From Candidatus Shapirobacteria bacterium (GTDB taxonomy: Bacteria > Patescibacteriota > Microgenomatia > UBA12405), in contig JAQWEN010000001.1 of NCBI GenBank assembly GCA_028704885.1, forward strand, positions 523,107 through 587,106: 64,000 nucleotides of DNA, given 5' to 3'. Position numbers and translations under genes: made by a program. Shown here one piece after another: positions 36,928-46,996 of the stretch (position 1 is its first letter; each line of letters begins with the position of its first letter). Under the pieces are notes generated by a model, which worked only from the letters and a program-made list of their open reading frames with translations, was not told the origin of the DNA and made no database searches.

Positions 36928-37502
36928 AAGAATCTAGAAAGTTTATATTAAGAATTTTTTTTATTTTTATAGTCGTTCTTAATATATCAACAAAGGCAAC
37001 AGCTGCTGATTTAAGAGTAGAAAAAATAATTAAAAATAATAAATTTCAAACCACAACATTGTCTTTTTCTAGTAATTCAACAATTAATACTAATAAAACG
37101 AATGTTTTGTTTAAAACTATGGGATTAATTGCAAATGGTTTTGATGTTGGATCTATTAGAATAAAAAATGAAGGAAAAATGGATTTTTCTTATCATTTAA
37201 AATCTAATTTAAATGGTGAAGATAAGGCGTTGTGTGAGGTTTTAACTTTGGACGTTATTAAAGGAAAAGAATTTGTTTATCAAGGAAAATTAACAGACCT
37301 TTCATTGGAAATGAAAAGTAAATCTGGAAGTATAGATGATTATATTCTTATTTTATATTTAAATGATAACAACCGAAATTTGGTTCAAAAAAATTGTCAA
37401 TTTGATTTTTATTTTAAAACTTTTAACGAAAATCAAATCGAAGGTAGTGGTTTTAGTGACGAAAAGAAAATTAGTAATTTTATTAATTCGGGAAATTGGT
37501 AA
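36924..37502 (+). CDS. Secreted hypothetical protein, possible second TasA/TapA-like fibre or accessory subunit
   Basis: N-terminal signal/TM segment then a beta-rich sequence (IRIKNEGKMDFSY...). Co-oriented and overlapping with the flanking sipW genes. Confidence 0.35.
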   Translation: MKESRKFILRIFFIFIVVLNISTKATAADLRVEKIIKNNKFQTTTLSFSSNSTINTNKTNVLFKTMGLIANGFDVGSIRIKNEGKMDFSYHLKSNLNGEDKALCEVLTLDVIKGKEFVYQGKLTDLSLEMKSKSGSIDDYILILYLNDNNRNLVQKNCQFDFYFKTFNENQIEGSGFSDEKKISNFINSGNW

Positions 37503-37510
37503 ACTGAACA

Positions 37511-37981
37511 ATGAAATTAAAATCGGTGGTGTTTTTTGCAGCTATTTTTTTTATTTTTTTTATTACAATTTTAGTTGGTTTTAATAATGTTGAACTTCCA
37601 TTTGGAACAAGAATTATTTCTTTTGAATCTGATTCGATGGTTCCTACAATTTTCCCTGGATCTTTAATAATTATTCACAAAGAAGCTTGGTATGAAAAAG
37701 GTGATATTATAACTTTTTGGTCAAAAGTTAAAGAGAAAGAGATTTTGGTTACACATAGAATTAATAGAATAGGTGGAAATGTTTATGTTACTAAAGGAGA
37801 TTCAAATTATTATCAAGATTACACCTTGGTGGTTCCAAGATTAATTGATGGTAGGGTTGTAATGATAATTCCATATTTAGGGTTTATTTTAGAATTTTTT
37901 AGATCGAAAATTGGGTTAACTTTGTTTATGATTCCTGTGGTTTTTGTTATTTATAAAGAAATAAAAACTATTAAAAATTAA
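37511..37981 (+). CDS. Signal peptidase I, second SipW-like paralogue
   Basis: Catalytic Ser box (FESDSMVPTI), Lys/His box (VTHRINRI), TM helices at both ends. Confidence 0.75.
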   Translation: MKLKSVVFFAAIFFIFFITILVGFNNVELPFGTRIISFESDSMVPTIFPGSLIIIHKEAWYEKGDIITFWSKVKEKEILVTHRINRIGGNVYVTKGDSNYYQDYTLVVPRLIDGRVVMIIPYLGFILEFFRSKIGLTLFMIPVVFVIYKEIKTIKN

Positions 37982-38311
37982 AATTCCGATTAAAATTCCG
38001 ATTAAATCTATTAAAGTGTCTCTAAAACGACTGGTGCGACCTGGGACAAAAGATTGGTGAACTTCATCTGAAATAGCGTATAGATAGGCAATTAAAACAA
38101 CTAATTTCTTTTTTTGAATTGCAAAATAAAGAAGAATGGCAAGAAAAGCATATTCAATAAGATGAAAAGATTTTAAAATTAAAAATCGATCAGTTTCATT
38201 CGTACCAATACCGATGGTGGAACGTGAAGAAAAATAAAAAATTACCGACATCCAAATAATAGAGGGGACAAATCTAACTACTTTGTTAATTTTCATGTTT
38301 AATTTTAGCAA
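37916..38311 (-). CDS. VanZ-like family membrane protein
   Basis: 4-TM, 131 aa, with the VanZ signature SDEVHQSFVPGRTSRFRDTLIDLIGILIG. Confidence 0.65.
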   Translation of the reverse strand: MLKLNMKINKVVRFVPSIIWMSVIFYFSSRSTIGIGTNETDRFLILKSFHLIEYAFLAILLYFAIQKKKLVVLIAYLYAISDEVHQSFVPGRTSRFRDTLIDLIGILIGILIFNSFYFFINNKNHRNHKQS

Positions 38312-39056
38312 GTATGAGAGGCGTTAACAAAAAGAAAGCGCCGAGACAAATAAAAATCAAAGGGAGATAATTTTTATTATTAGTTTTAGTGACTCCTAAG
38401 ACTGAATTTGAAGTTGGGGTCGGATTTTCAGTTGGAGTATTTTGATCGGATAAATTGGTCAAAATTACTTCTTCTGGTGGGGTTGAAAAAGGAGTAACAG
38501 TTTCAGTAGGTGTAAGTGAAGGGGTTTTGGTTGGAGTTGGGGTTTTGGTGGTGGTTAGAATTGAAGTTGGAGTTGGAATAATAGTAGGAATTGGTGTTGG
38601 GGTGGAAGTCATGGTGGGGAGAGGTGCAAAAGTGGCGGTCGGAATAGGAATTGGAGTAAATGTTGGTGAGAGTGTTGGACTAGGAATACAGATATTATCT
38701 GAACGTGGATTATTACCTAATTGACCTTTAGTGTAATTCAATTGATCAATTAAATTATTACCAAGATCGTAAAGTGAAATAGTTTCAGGAGATGAATCAT
38801 TTAACCAACCAGAGTCGTGATAAAAAGTCACATAATTATGTGACGATAAACAACCAGTAATAGTTAAATCATCAGTAAGAATATTGTTGCCGTCTCGAAT
38901 AGTCCAGTTATTTATATCGACAGTAGTATCTGATTGATTATATATTTCCACCCATTCTGGTGATGAATTTGATGAATAATTGGAAATTTTAATGGTTGAT
39001 TCGACAGCAAAAATAGGCTCGGCAAATATAAAAATTAGTGGTAATAACATTAACAC
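38286..39056 (-). CDS. Cell-surface protein: lamin-tail-domain (LTD)-like N-terminal domain, Thr/Pro-rich linker, C-terminal TM anchor
   Basis: Signal peptide. LTD-like motif PEWVEIYNQSDTTVDINNWTIRDGNN. About 90-aa PT-rich low-complexity linker (PTPIPTIIPTPTS...). C-terminal hydrophobic anchor. Confidence 0.55.
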   Translation of the reverse strand: MLMLLPLIFIFAEPIFAVESTIKISNYSSNSSPEWVEIYNQSDTTVDINNWTIRDGNNILTDDLTITGCLSSHNYVTFYHDSGWLNDSSPETISLYDLGNNLIDQLNYTKGQLGNNPRSDNICIPSPTLSPTFTPIPIPTATFAPLPTMTSTPTPIPTIIPTPTSILTTTKTPTPTKTPSLTPTETVTPFSTPPEEVILTNLSDQNTPTENPTPTSNSVLGVTKTNNKNYLPLIFICLGAFFLLTPLILAKIKHEN

Positions 39057-39076
39057 AATAAAAGTGTAGCAGATTA

Positions 39077-40522
39077 CTAATTTAATTTAGAGATAGCAAT
39101 GTCAATTTTGCTTAAAGTTTTTTCTAGACCCAAAGCTGGCAAACATTCAATAACCGGAGGAGTAAAAACGGTGCCGCAAATTGCTACCCGAAAAACCATA
39201 AAAAATTCACCAATATTCCAATTGTTATCTTTGATTAAATCCGTTAATTTTGTTGATAAATCATTAAAATTTAATTTGATTATTTCCTTTGATTTATTAA
39301 GCATTTCAACAGCTAATTTAGGATCAGTCCCCTTTTTAAGTAATAATTCTTTGTCGTATTCGACATCTTCAAAAATAAATTTAGTCTGAATTTTCAAATC
39401 TGATAATTTAATAATTCTTTCTTTTAAAACTGGAATTAAAATTTTAATTTGGTCATCTGAGGCTTCCGGCAAAAACTTTTTAAATAAAATAAAAAGTTGC
39501 TCATCTGATTTTTGACGAAGATAATAGCCATTAAAATAATCTAATTTTTTGTGATCAAAAATTGGAGATTTTTTATGAAGATGTTCGACACTAAAAGCTT
39601 CTATAAATTGATCTAGGGTAAAAAATTCTTGATCAGTACCTGGATTCCAACCTAAAAGCATTAGAAAATTAAGCATAGCTTCAGGAAGATAACCTTCATC
39701 TAAGAAAGCCCTGGCGTGAGTTGATCCGGATCTTTTACTCATTTTTCCGTGACCATCAGCATTTAATAATACGGTTAAATGAGCAAAAATTGGAGCTTCC
39801 CAACCAAAATATCGATAAAGCAAAAGATGTTTTGGAGTTGAGGTTAGCCATTCTTCACCGCGAAAAACATGGGTAATTTTCATTAAATGATCATCAACGA
39901 CAGCGGCAAAATGATAGGTTGGAATTCCATTTGATTTGATCAAAACTTGATCATCAACTTCATTGGTATTGAATTTTATTTTGCCACGGATTAAATCTTC
40001 AAAAATTATGGTTTCATTTTTAGGAACAGCTAAACGAATAGTGTAAGGAATTTTATTGTCGAGATTTTTTTGAATTTCTTCTTTAGATAAATGAAGACAG
40101 TGTTGATCATAACGAGGTAATTGTTTGGCAGCTTTTTGAGTGGCACGAAGATTATCTAATCTTTCTTGAGTACAAAAACAATAATAAGCAAAACCCTTAT
40201 CTAAAAGTTCTTTAATATATTTTTGATAAATTTCGAGACGTTCAGTTTGAACATAAGGACCATAGGGACCACCAATATCTGGCCCTTCATCCCAATTTAA
40301 ACCATAATCTTTTATTGTCTCTAATAATCTGGTTTCAGAACCTTCGACATAGCGTTTCTGATCTGTGTCTTCTAGTCGAAAAATAAATTGGCCATTATAT
40401 TTTTTAGCTAAAGCATAATCATAAAGAAGAGTTCTTAAGGTGCCAATATGAAGCTCTCCGGTTGGACTGGGAGCAATTCTAGTTCTTACAATTTTATTGT
40501 CGATCATGGCTAATTCTATCAT
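39077..40522 (-). CDS. gltX: Glutamyl-tRNA synthetase
   Basis: HIGH motif variant (PSPTGELHIGTLRT), KMSKR, anticodon-binding C-terminus. 481 aa. Confidence 0.9.
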   Translation of the reverse strand: MIELAMIDNKIVRTRIAPSPTGELHIGTLRTLLYDYALAKKYNGQFIFRLEDTDQKRYVEGSETRLLETIKDYGLNWDEGPDIGGPYGPYVQTERLEIYQKYIKELLDKGFAYYCFCTQERLDNLRATQKAAKQLPRYDQHCLHLSKEEIQKNLDNKIPYTIRLAVPKNETIIFEDLIRGKIKFNTNEVDDQVLIKSNGIPTYHFAAVVDDHLMKITHVFRGEEWLTSTPKHLLLYRYFGWEAPIFAHLTVLLNADGHGKMSKRSGSTHARAFLDEGYLPEAMLNFLMLLGWNPGTDQEFFTLDQFIEAFSVEHLHKKSPIFDHKKLDYFNGYYLRQKSDEQLFILFKKFLPEASDDQIKILIPVLKERIIKLSDLKIQTKFIFEDVEYDKELLLKKGTDPKLAVEMLNKSKEIIKLNFNDLSTKLTDLIKDNNWNIGEFFMVFRVAICGTVFTPPVIECLPALGLEKTLSKIDIAISKLN

Positions 40523-40540
40523 TTAGTGTAAAATATTTTT

Positions 40541-41584
40541 ATGTCTTCTTTGACTTACACTGCTGATATTAGTCGAAAATTAATTAAATATGGCGGATCT
40601 GGTTTGATTGCTTTTGTTCTTTTATGGTCGATCGGCTCTATCTCAATTAAAGCTTATAAAATTGCTCATCCGAAATATATTCCGGCTACAGTTCGATATG
40701 GAGCTTTACCCAAAATTGTTTTTCCAGAAAAACAATTCGAAAAGAAAAACTTTAGTTTTGAATTTACTAATGATAAAACACCAACTTTTAGCGACCAATC
40801 AAAAGTCTATATTATTTACAGATCGACAACTAAAATTTTAGCTTTAGAAGAAGGTAAAAAAATAGCTAAACAATTTGGTTTTGAAAGTGATCCATTCGAA
40901 GTTAACGAGGGAATTTATGAGTTCAAAGATTCCAAAACCAATAAAACATTAAATATAAATGTTTTGGAAGGTGATTTTAAATTAAAATATCCTTATTTAG
41001 AGGATCAATCAATTTTGGAAACAAAAACAGTGCCAAATAAAAATAGAGCCATAGAAATTGCCTCTTCTTTTTTAGAATCTGGTAGTAAATATACAGCTGA
41101 TTTAAAAGATGGGGAAAAGAAAATATCTTATTGGAAAATTACTGACGGAACTTTAAAATCAGTTTTAGCTCAATCAGAGGCAAATGCAGTTAGGGTTGAT
41201 TTTTATAGAAAAAATCTAGAAGATAAATGGGAAATACTTTCTCCACAGAATGGTGAAGCTTCGGTTTCGGTTTTAATTTCTGGATCTGAAACAAATGAAA
41301 AACAAATAATTGAGGCTAATTTTAAATATGCTGATATAGATAGAGAATCTTTTTCCACATATCCAATAAAAACAGTCAAACAAGCAATGGAAAATTTAAC
41401 AGCTGGAAATTATTGGCCGTCTTCAGATGTTAATTCAAAAGATGTAGTTATTAGAGATATTACATTGGCTTATTACGAACCAATTACATTGACTCAATAC
41501 GTCCAACCTATTTATGTTTTTAAAGGTGACAATAATTTTATAGCTTTTGTTCCAGCAGTATTAGATAAATATATTGCCAAATAA
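40541..41584 (+). CDS. Hypothetical membrane-anchored extracytoplasmic protein
   Basis: 347 aa. A single N-terminal TM helix, then a hydrophilic domain with no recognised motif. Confidence 0.3.
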   Translation: MSSLTYTADISRKLIKYGGSGLIAFVLLWSIGSISIKAYKIAHPKYIPATVRYGALPKIVFPEKQFEKKNFSFEFTNDKTPTFSDQSKVYIIYRSTTKILALEEGKKIAKQFGFESDPFEVNEGIYEFKDSKTNKTLNINVLEGDFKLKYPYLEDQSILETKTVPNKNRAIEIASSFLESGSKYTADLKDGEKKISYWKITDGTLKSVLAQSEANAVRVDFYRKNLEDKWEILSPQNGEASVSVLISGSETNEKQIIEANFKYADIDRESFSTYPIKTVKQAMENLTAGNYWPSSDVNSKDVVIRDITLAYYEPITLTQYVQPIYVFKGDNNFIAFVPAVLDKYIAK

Positions 41585-42511
41585 TTAGGGTTGATAAGAT
41601 TGCCAAAAGATATTATCTTTAGCCCAATCGATTATTTTTTTGGTATCAGAAAAACGATCTTCACTTTGAGCCACCACACTAATTAAATAGTGACCGTTTA
41701 TATTAATTAAAGCAATAAAAGAACCACCAGCTTCAGGAGTCCAACCAGTTTTAAGGCCTTCAATCTCGGGAATAACTCCGAGAAGTTCATCAGTGGAAGT
41801 TAGTTCATGTTTGATGGTTTTATCAACATCTTCGACAGTAATGCTTTTTTGTTTAACAGTTTCGGTTACTATAGAATTTTTTATAGCAAGACGAGCGATT
41901 TGTGATAAATCGTAAACAGTTGAATAATGATTTTCGTTGTGAATTCCATCAAAATTAGTAAAATTGGTATTTTTTAATCCATATTTTTGAATAATTAAAT
42001 TCATTTCTTTAACAAAACCTATTTCTCCATTTTGATGATGGTTAGCCAAGGTGAAAGCGGCATCATTAGCGGAATAAACTAAAAGGGCATTGACTAAAGA
42101 TCTAATAGTAATTTTTTCACCCAATTTTAATCCCATAACTTGACCATCAGTATATTCTTGTTTAATAGTTAAAATTTCATCGAGTGGATAAATATTTAGA
42201 GCAGTTAGAGCAGTAATTAATTTAGTAGTTGAAGCAGGATAGATTTTAGCATTGGGATTATTAGATAAGACAATTGTATTAGTGGCAGCATCAAGAAGAA
42301 TATAATTTTGAGTACTTAATTGGGGTTTATTTGCCAACTTTAAAAATAATTTGGCTGGATGCTGATATTGAATTAAGTCACTATTGGTGGAAAAAAAAGA
42401 ATTTTTAGGATAAATCCCCCAAAAACTAAAAGTTGGAAGCCAAAAAAGATTAAGAAAAGCGATCAGAAAGATAATGATAAATTCAAATGGTTTACGTTTT
42501 AGAATCGACAT
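41585..42511 (-). CDS. D-alanyl-D-alanine carboxypeptidase (peptidase S11, low-molecular-weight PBP)
   Basis: SxxK ([11 protein letters not shown]), SxN (YSANDAA), KTG (LKTGWT) active-site triad motifs. N-terminal TM anchor. Confidence 0.75.
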   Translation of the reverse strand: MSILKRKPFEFIIIFLIAFLNLFWLPTFSFWGIYPKNSFFSTNSDLIQYQHPAKLFLKLANKPQLSTQNYILLDAATNTIVLSNNPNAKIYPASTTKLITALTALNIYPLDEILTIKQEYTDGQVMGLKLGEKITIRSLVNALLVYSANDAAFTLANHHQNGEIGFVKEMNLIIQKYGLKNTNFTNFDGIHNENHYSTVYDLSQIARLAIKNSIVTETVKQKSITVEDVDKTIKHELTSTDELLGVIPEIEGLKTGWTPEAGGSFIALININGHYLISVVAQSEDRFSDTKKIIDWAKDNIFWQSYQP

Positions 42512-44288
42512 TTTCTTCCTTTAAAGCTGCTTTAGTTTCTGGTTTTAACATTAAACCAACATCGTCGAGTTGTTTTTGATCTATTTCACTTGGAGCATTC
42601 ATTAAAAGATCAACTCCGTTTGAATTTAAGGGAAAAGCATAAACATCACGAATATTTGGTTCATCTAAAAGCAACATTAAAAGGCGGTCTAAACCGATAG
42701 CCCAACCACCGTGAGGTGGAGCTCCATAATGGAAAGCATTATACATGCCACCGAATTTTTTAATAACTTCCTCCCTGCCATAGCCAATAATTTCAAAGGC
42801 TTTAACCAAAGTCTCTGGTTCGTGATTACGAATTGAGCCAGAGGCTAATTCAAAACCGTTTAAAGTAAGGTCATATTGATAAGATTCAATATCTAATGGA
42901 TCTTTATTTATTAAAGATTCCATACCACCTTGAGGCATAGAAAAAGGGTTATGACCAAAATCTAATTTGCCTTCATCATTAATTTCGTAAAAAGGAAAAC
43001 CAGTAATCCAATTGAAATATAAAATATTTGAATCACGAAGATTTAGAATATCACCCAACATTAATCGAATATTACCTAAAACTTTGTTAGTGATGGATAA
43101 TTTATCAGCAACGAAAAGAATTAAATCCCCGACTTTAGCTGAAGTGGAATCAATAATTTCATTTTGTAGTTTTGGATCAAAAAATCTGGCTACACCGGTA
43201 TCTAGTCCACCATCGATAACTTTGGTATAAGCTAGTCCTTTGGCGCCTTTTTCTTTGGCTAAAGTTTCTAATTTATCAATTTGGGTTTTACTAAATTCAG
43301 CGCATTTTGGAGCGACAAGACATTTAATACTATCAGCATTATTAAAAACATTAAACTCGCTTTTACCTTTGATGATTTCGGTTACATCTTGAAGTTCAAT
43401 ATCAAAGCGAGTATCCGGTTTATCGCTGCCGAATCTGTTCATGGCATCCTTGTAAGAAATTCGAGGAAAAGGAAATTTGACAATAGTTTTTTGAGGAGCA
43501 ATTGTTTGATAAGTTTCTTTAATTAAATTTTCAGCGGTGGCAAAAATTTTATCGATAGTAGGAAAACTCATTTCAATGTCGATTTGATAAAAAGCACCAG
43601 CATGACGATCAGCCCGAGGATCTTCATCCCGCATACAAGGAGCAATTTGAAAATACTTGTCAACACCGGCAACCATTAAAAGTTGTTTAAATTGCTGAGG
43701 AGCTTGAGGAAGAACAAAAAATTTGCCTTTATGAATACGAGAAGGAATTAAAAAATCTCTGGCACCTTCAGGAGAAGTAGTGGTTAAAAGCGGGGTCATA
43801 ACTTCAGTAAAAGCATTTTTATCCATCCAATTGCGGACGGCTAAAATATATTTGCTTTTGCTTTGCATAATTTTGGCAAGTCGAGGACGACGCAAATCAA
43901 GATAGCGATATTTTAATCTTAATGATTCGTCTAATTCAGTACCATCGGTGTCGAGAGGAAAAGGAGAAACTTCACTTTTATTTAAAACCGTTAATTTTTC
44001 ACAAGTAATTTCAATGGTGCCGGTAGGAATTTTTTTATTAATAGCTTTTTCGTTTCTGTTGACAACTTTGCCTTCAATTTCAATTACCCATTCCATACCA
44101 ACAGTTGAGGCTAATTTATGAATTTCTTGACTATTATTGGCATCGATAACAATTTGAATATTTCCACTCCAATCTCGAAAGTCGATAAAAATTAATTGGC
44201 CATGATCGCGGATATTACTGGCCCAACCTTGAATTAAAACTTTTTCTCCTATTTTTTGGAGACAATCTATTGCAAGTATTCTTTCCAT
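42492..44288 (-). CDS. aspS: Aspartyl-tRNA synthetase
   Basis: N-terminal OB anticodon-binding domain, class II motifs 1-3 (..FRDE.., GLDRLLM). 598 aa with a GAD insertion. Confidence 0.95.
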   Translation of the reverse strand: MERILAIDCLQKIGEKVLIQGWASNIRDHGQLIFIDFRDWSGNIQIVIDANNSQEIHKLASTVGMEWVIEIEGKVVNRNEKAINKKIPTGTIEITCEKLTVLNKSEVSPFPLDTDGTELDESLRLKYRYLDLRRPRLAKIMQSKSKYILAVRNWMDKNAFTEVMTPLLTTTSPEGARDFLIPSRIHKGKFFVLPQAPQQFKQLLMVAGVDKYFQIAPCMRDEDPRADRHAGAFYQIDIEMSFPTIDKIFATAENLIKETYQTIAPQKTIVKFPFPRISYKDAMNRFGSDKPDTRFDIELQDVTEIIKGKSEFNVFNNADSIKCLVAPKCAEFSKTQIDKLETLAKEKGAKGLAYTKVIDGGLDTGVARFFDPKLQNEIIDSTSAKVGDLILFVADKLSITNKVLGNIRLMLGDILNLRDSNILYFNWITGFPFYEINDEGKLDFGHNPFSMPQGGMESLINKDPLDIESYQYDLTLNGFELASGSIRNHEPETLVKAFEIIGYGREEVIKKFGGMYNAFHYGAPPHGGWAIGLDRLLMLLLDEPNIRDVYAFPLNSNGVDLLMNAPSEIDQKQLDDVGLMLKPETKAALKEENVDSKT

Positions 44289-44318
44289 GTGAGTATTTTA
44301 CTTCAGAACTAATAGGTT

Positions 44319-46040
44319 TTAAACAGGAAAAATTTCTTTAACGATAAGTTGGGGAGAAGTGGTGCCGTTCCAGATATTTAAATCTAAAGAGGCGACGAGG
44401 TTGACACAATCACCGACATTTAAAGTTTTGTCTAAATCCCCTTTTTTAAAAGCGATGGCATCAATATTGTCGAACTTTAATTTTAAATGATCACCAGTGG
44501 AACCGAGAATTCTTTTTTGAGTAATACAAAGATTTTTAAATAAAAATAAAGGTTTTGGATTATCAATTCCAAATGGCTCGAATTGATTAATTAGGTGGCA
44601 ATTTTTAATATTAACAGCCGATAAATCCATTTCAGCTTCGACAATTATTGATGGTTTTAAATCAATATTTTTAAGTTCTTTATTAATAAAATTGGTAATT
44701 TTAGTTTTAAATTTGGTTATATTTTCGGTTTTAATAGTAAAACCAGCAGCACCGGCATGCCCACCCAGTTCGACAAGCTCACTGTCAAATTGGCGAAGAG
44801 CCTCAATAATATTGAATTCTTTTATAGATCGACAAGAAGCTTTGGAATATTCTTTGCCGATGCTAATAATAATTGAAGGTAAATAATATTTTTCAGTAAG
44901 CCGTCCGGCAATTAGACCAATAATTCCAGGTAAAAATTCTTTATGGGCAATAAAAACTAATTTATTTTGATTATTTAAATTATTTTCCTCGGCAATTTTT
45001 AAATTATCTTTTTGAATTGATTGGCGGTCTTGATTAAATTTATCTAAATTTTGGGCGTATTTTGAAGCTTGAAGTAAATTTTGGCTACATAAAAGCCTTA
45101 GGGCTTCAGTTGGATTGGAAAGACGACCGACAGCATTAAGACGAGGGCCAATGACAAAAGCTAAATCGTAGGCTGAAAGAGAATCCTGTTTGATACCACT
45201 GATTTCAACAAGTTTTTTGATGCCGAGATTGGGATTAAGACGCAAAGATTGAAGACCATGAATAACAATATTTCGATTAATACCAACTAATGGAAGACAA
45301 TCAGCAACGGTGCCGGCAGCGGCTAAACCAATGTCGGCTTTTTTGTCAAAATGAGAGGCAAAAAACCAAGAAAGAGCCGAACCGGAAAAATTAGTGGAAT
45401 GAATTATGGCTGATACTTTAGGAAGAGTTTCGGTTGGTAAATGATGATCAATAATAATAATGTCAGTATTTTTTTTGATAATTTTGGCTAATTCTTTGTT
45501 GGCTACAATGCCATTGTCAACCGTAATTAAAAGGTCAAAATGAAGATTTTTGGCGATTTCAAAATCGAAAAAAGATTTTGATTTAATGCCATAACCATCA
45601 GTTTCACGGTCAGGAATAAAGGGTAAAATTTTAGCGCCAAGTTGATGTAAAACCTGCCAAAGAATAGCGGTTGAGGTTAGACCATCAACATCATAATCGC
45701 CATAAATAAGGATATTTTCATTATTTTTTATAGCTTTATTTACCCTCTCTATGGCTTTTTTTAATTCTCTTTTATTAATATCAAAATCTGAAACAATGGG
45801 AAAATGAGGTTTAAAAAAATCTTGATATTCCGATTTTTTAAGTTGACGATTTTTTAGTAAAAGATCAATAAAATCTAACTCGGAAAAAGACTTGGTAATA
45901 ATTTGTTTATTTTTTAAAACGATTTGGGAAAACATGGAGATATTAAATTGTACACTTTTTTTATTTGAAATCAGTGTTAAACTAACAAGAAAATTAAGCA
46001 AAATAGCTTGCTTTATATATTTTCGAACATTGACAGACAA
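44319..46040 (-). CDS. recJ: Single-stranded-DNA-specific exonuclease RecJ
   Basis: DHH motifs (DYDVDGLTS, DHH at IIDHH), DHHA1 (GGHAGAAGF), C-terminal OB fold. The listed start is a TTG. The internal ATG at 45933-45935 (MFSQIV...) is an alternative start. Confidence 0.9.
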   Translation of the reverse strand: MSVNVRKYIKQAILLNFLVSLTLISNKKSVQFNISMFSQIVLKNKQIITKSFSELDFIDLLLKNRQLKKSEYQDFFKPHFPIVSDFDINKRELKKAIERVNKAIKNNENILIYGDYDVDGLTSTAILWQVLHQLGAKILPFIPDRETDGYGIKSKSFFDFEIAKNLHFDLLITVDNGIVANKELAKIIKKNTDIIIIDHHLPTETLPKVSAIIHSTNFSGSALSWFFASHFDKKADIGLAAAGTVADCLPLVGINRNIVIHGLQSLRLNPNLGIKKLVEISGIKQDSLSAYDLAFVIGPRLNAVGRLSNPTEALRLLCSQNLLQASKYAQNLDKFNQDRQSIQKDNLKIAEENNLNNQNKLVFIAHKEFLPGIIGLIAGRLTEKYYLPSIIISIGKEYSKASCRSIKEFNIIEALRQFDSELVELGGHAGAAGFTIKTENITKFKTKITNFINKELKNIDLKPSIIVEAEMDLSAVNIKNCHLINQFEPFGIDNPKPLFLFKNLCITQKRILGSTGDHLKLKFDNIDAIAFKKGDLDKTLNVGDCVNLVASLDLNIWNGTTSPQLIVKEIFPV

Positions 46041-46065
46041 TAAACTTAGAAAGGAAGTGATATAG

Positions 46066-46449
46066 ATGTCGGAACAAGGTCGGATTAAAGATTATCTGAA
46101 AATAGTAACTGAAAAACTGGAGTTTATTCAAGACAGTGAACGGTTCAATTCTGGCGATCCGATACACGACTTGGTGGCAATATCTATAGAAATTTCAAAT
46201 ATAAAAATGACAACAAACATTTATCGAGTCTATTTTTTAACCATGGGGGAAATACAATTTGCTAGTTTTAGAATGAATGTAATAGGTCCAATTAAAGATT
46301 TTTTCGAATTGTTTTGTAAAGAATCTATTGAAAAGACTGAACTTGATCCTGTTAAAGCAGAAATAATGTTAACGTACGCAAGAAAGAAAATAGGAATTTT
46401 TGTTCATGATCTGAAATTCAAAAAACTAACAAGTGCATTTGACGAGTAA
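46066..46449 (+). CDS. Hypothetical cytoplasmic protein
   Basis: 127 aa. RBS-like AGGAAGTG upstream. Followed by a hairpin terminator (ggaagaaaa...ttttcttcc plus T-run). No motif recognised. Confidence 0.3.
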   Translation: MSEQGRIKDYLKIVTEKLEFIQDSERFNSGDPIHDLVAISIEISNIKMTTNIYRVYFLTMGEIQFASFRMNVIGPIKDFFELFCKESIEKTELDPVKAEIMLTYARKKIGIFVHDLKFKKLTSAFDE

Positions 46450-46632
46450 TGTCTGTCTTGATAATTTAAAGGAAGAAAATAGATATCCAATTCATTTTGG
46501 ACATTTGTTTTCTTCCTTTTTTATTTTTTTTGATTAAAAATAAATTAGGGATATAATTTTGGTAGTTGAGATTTTTGCCAAAAATCTTAGCTTATTATTT
46601 TTGTAAAAACATTTAAGGAGCTTTTAAAAAAT

Positions 46633-46914
46633 ATGGCAAAAAAATTATTTATTGGTAATCTACCTTTTGCGATTAATCAAGATCAATTAAGGGAAATATT
46701 TGCTGTTTATGGATCAGTAGCTTCAGTAAATATTGTGATAGATAAATTTTCCGGCAGATCCAAAGGTTTTGGATTTGTGGAGTTTGAAAAAGATGAAGAT
46801 GCTGCAAAGGCAATTGAAGGATTGAATAATAGTGAACAAATGGGAAGAAATATTGCTGTGAAAGAGGCTATTCCTAGACCGGAACAGCCATTAGTGGAAC
46901 AACCTGCTGCTTAA
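46633..46914 (+). CDS. RRM-type RNA-binding protein (glycine-poor, cyanobacterial Rbp-like)
   Basis: RNP2 LFIGNL and RNP1 KGFGFVEF. 93 aa. Confidence 0.8.
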   Translation: MAKKLFIGNLPFAINQDQLREIFAVYGSVASVNIVIDKFSGRSKGFGFVEFEKDEDAAKAIEGLNNSEQMGRNIAVKEAIPRPEQPLVEQPAA

Positions 46915-46941
46915 AATCCCCTTTCCTTCGTTTTACTCAGG

Positions 46942-46972
46942 ATCTCCCCTTGAAGAAGGGGAGATTTTATTT
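46942..46972 (+). terminator. Rho-independent terminator of the RRM gene; also copy C of the double-hairpin repeat family
   Basis: Perfect 10-bp stem ATCTCCCCTT/AAGGGGAGAT with GAAG loop, followed by TTTTATTT. The stem-loop is nearly identical to the hairpin embedded in miaA (TCTCCCCTT-GATG-AAGGGGAGA). Confidence 0.65.
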
Positions 46973-46996
46973 AAATGAGGTAAAATATAAACATAG

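Noticed and set aside
38455-38724. Gly/Val-rich + strand ORF and apparent short direct repeats (ggagttgg/ggtgttgg) that could suggest a CRISPR-like or tandem repeat array
   Set aside because: It is the antisense image of the Thr/Pro-rich linker of the minus-strand LTD surface protein. The repeats are coding low-complexity, not regularly spaced repeat-spacer units.
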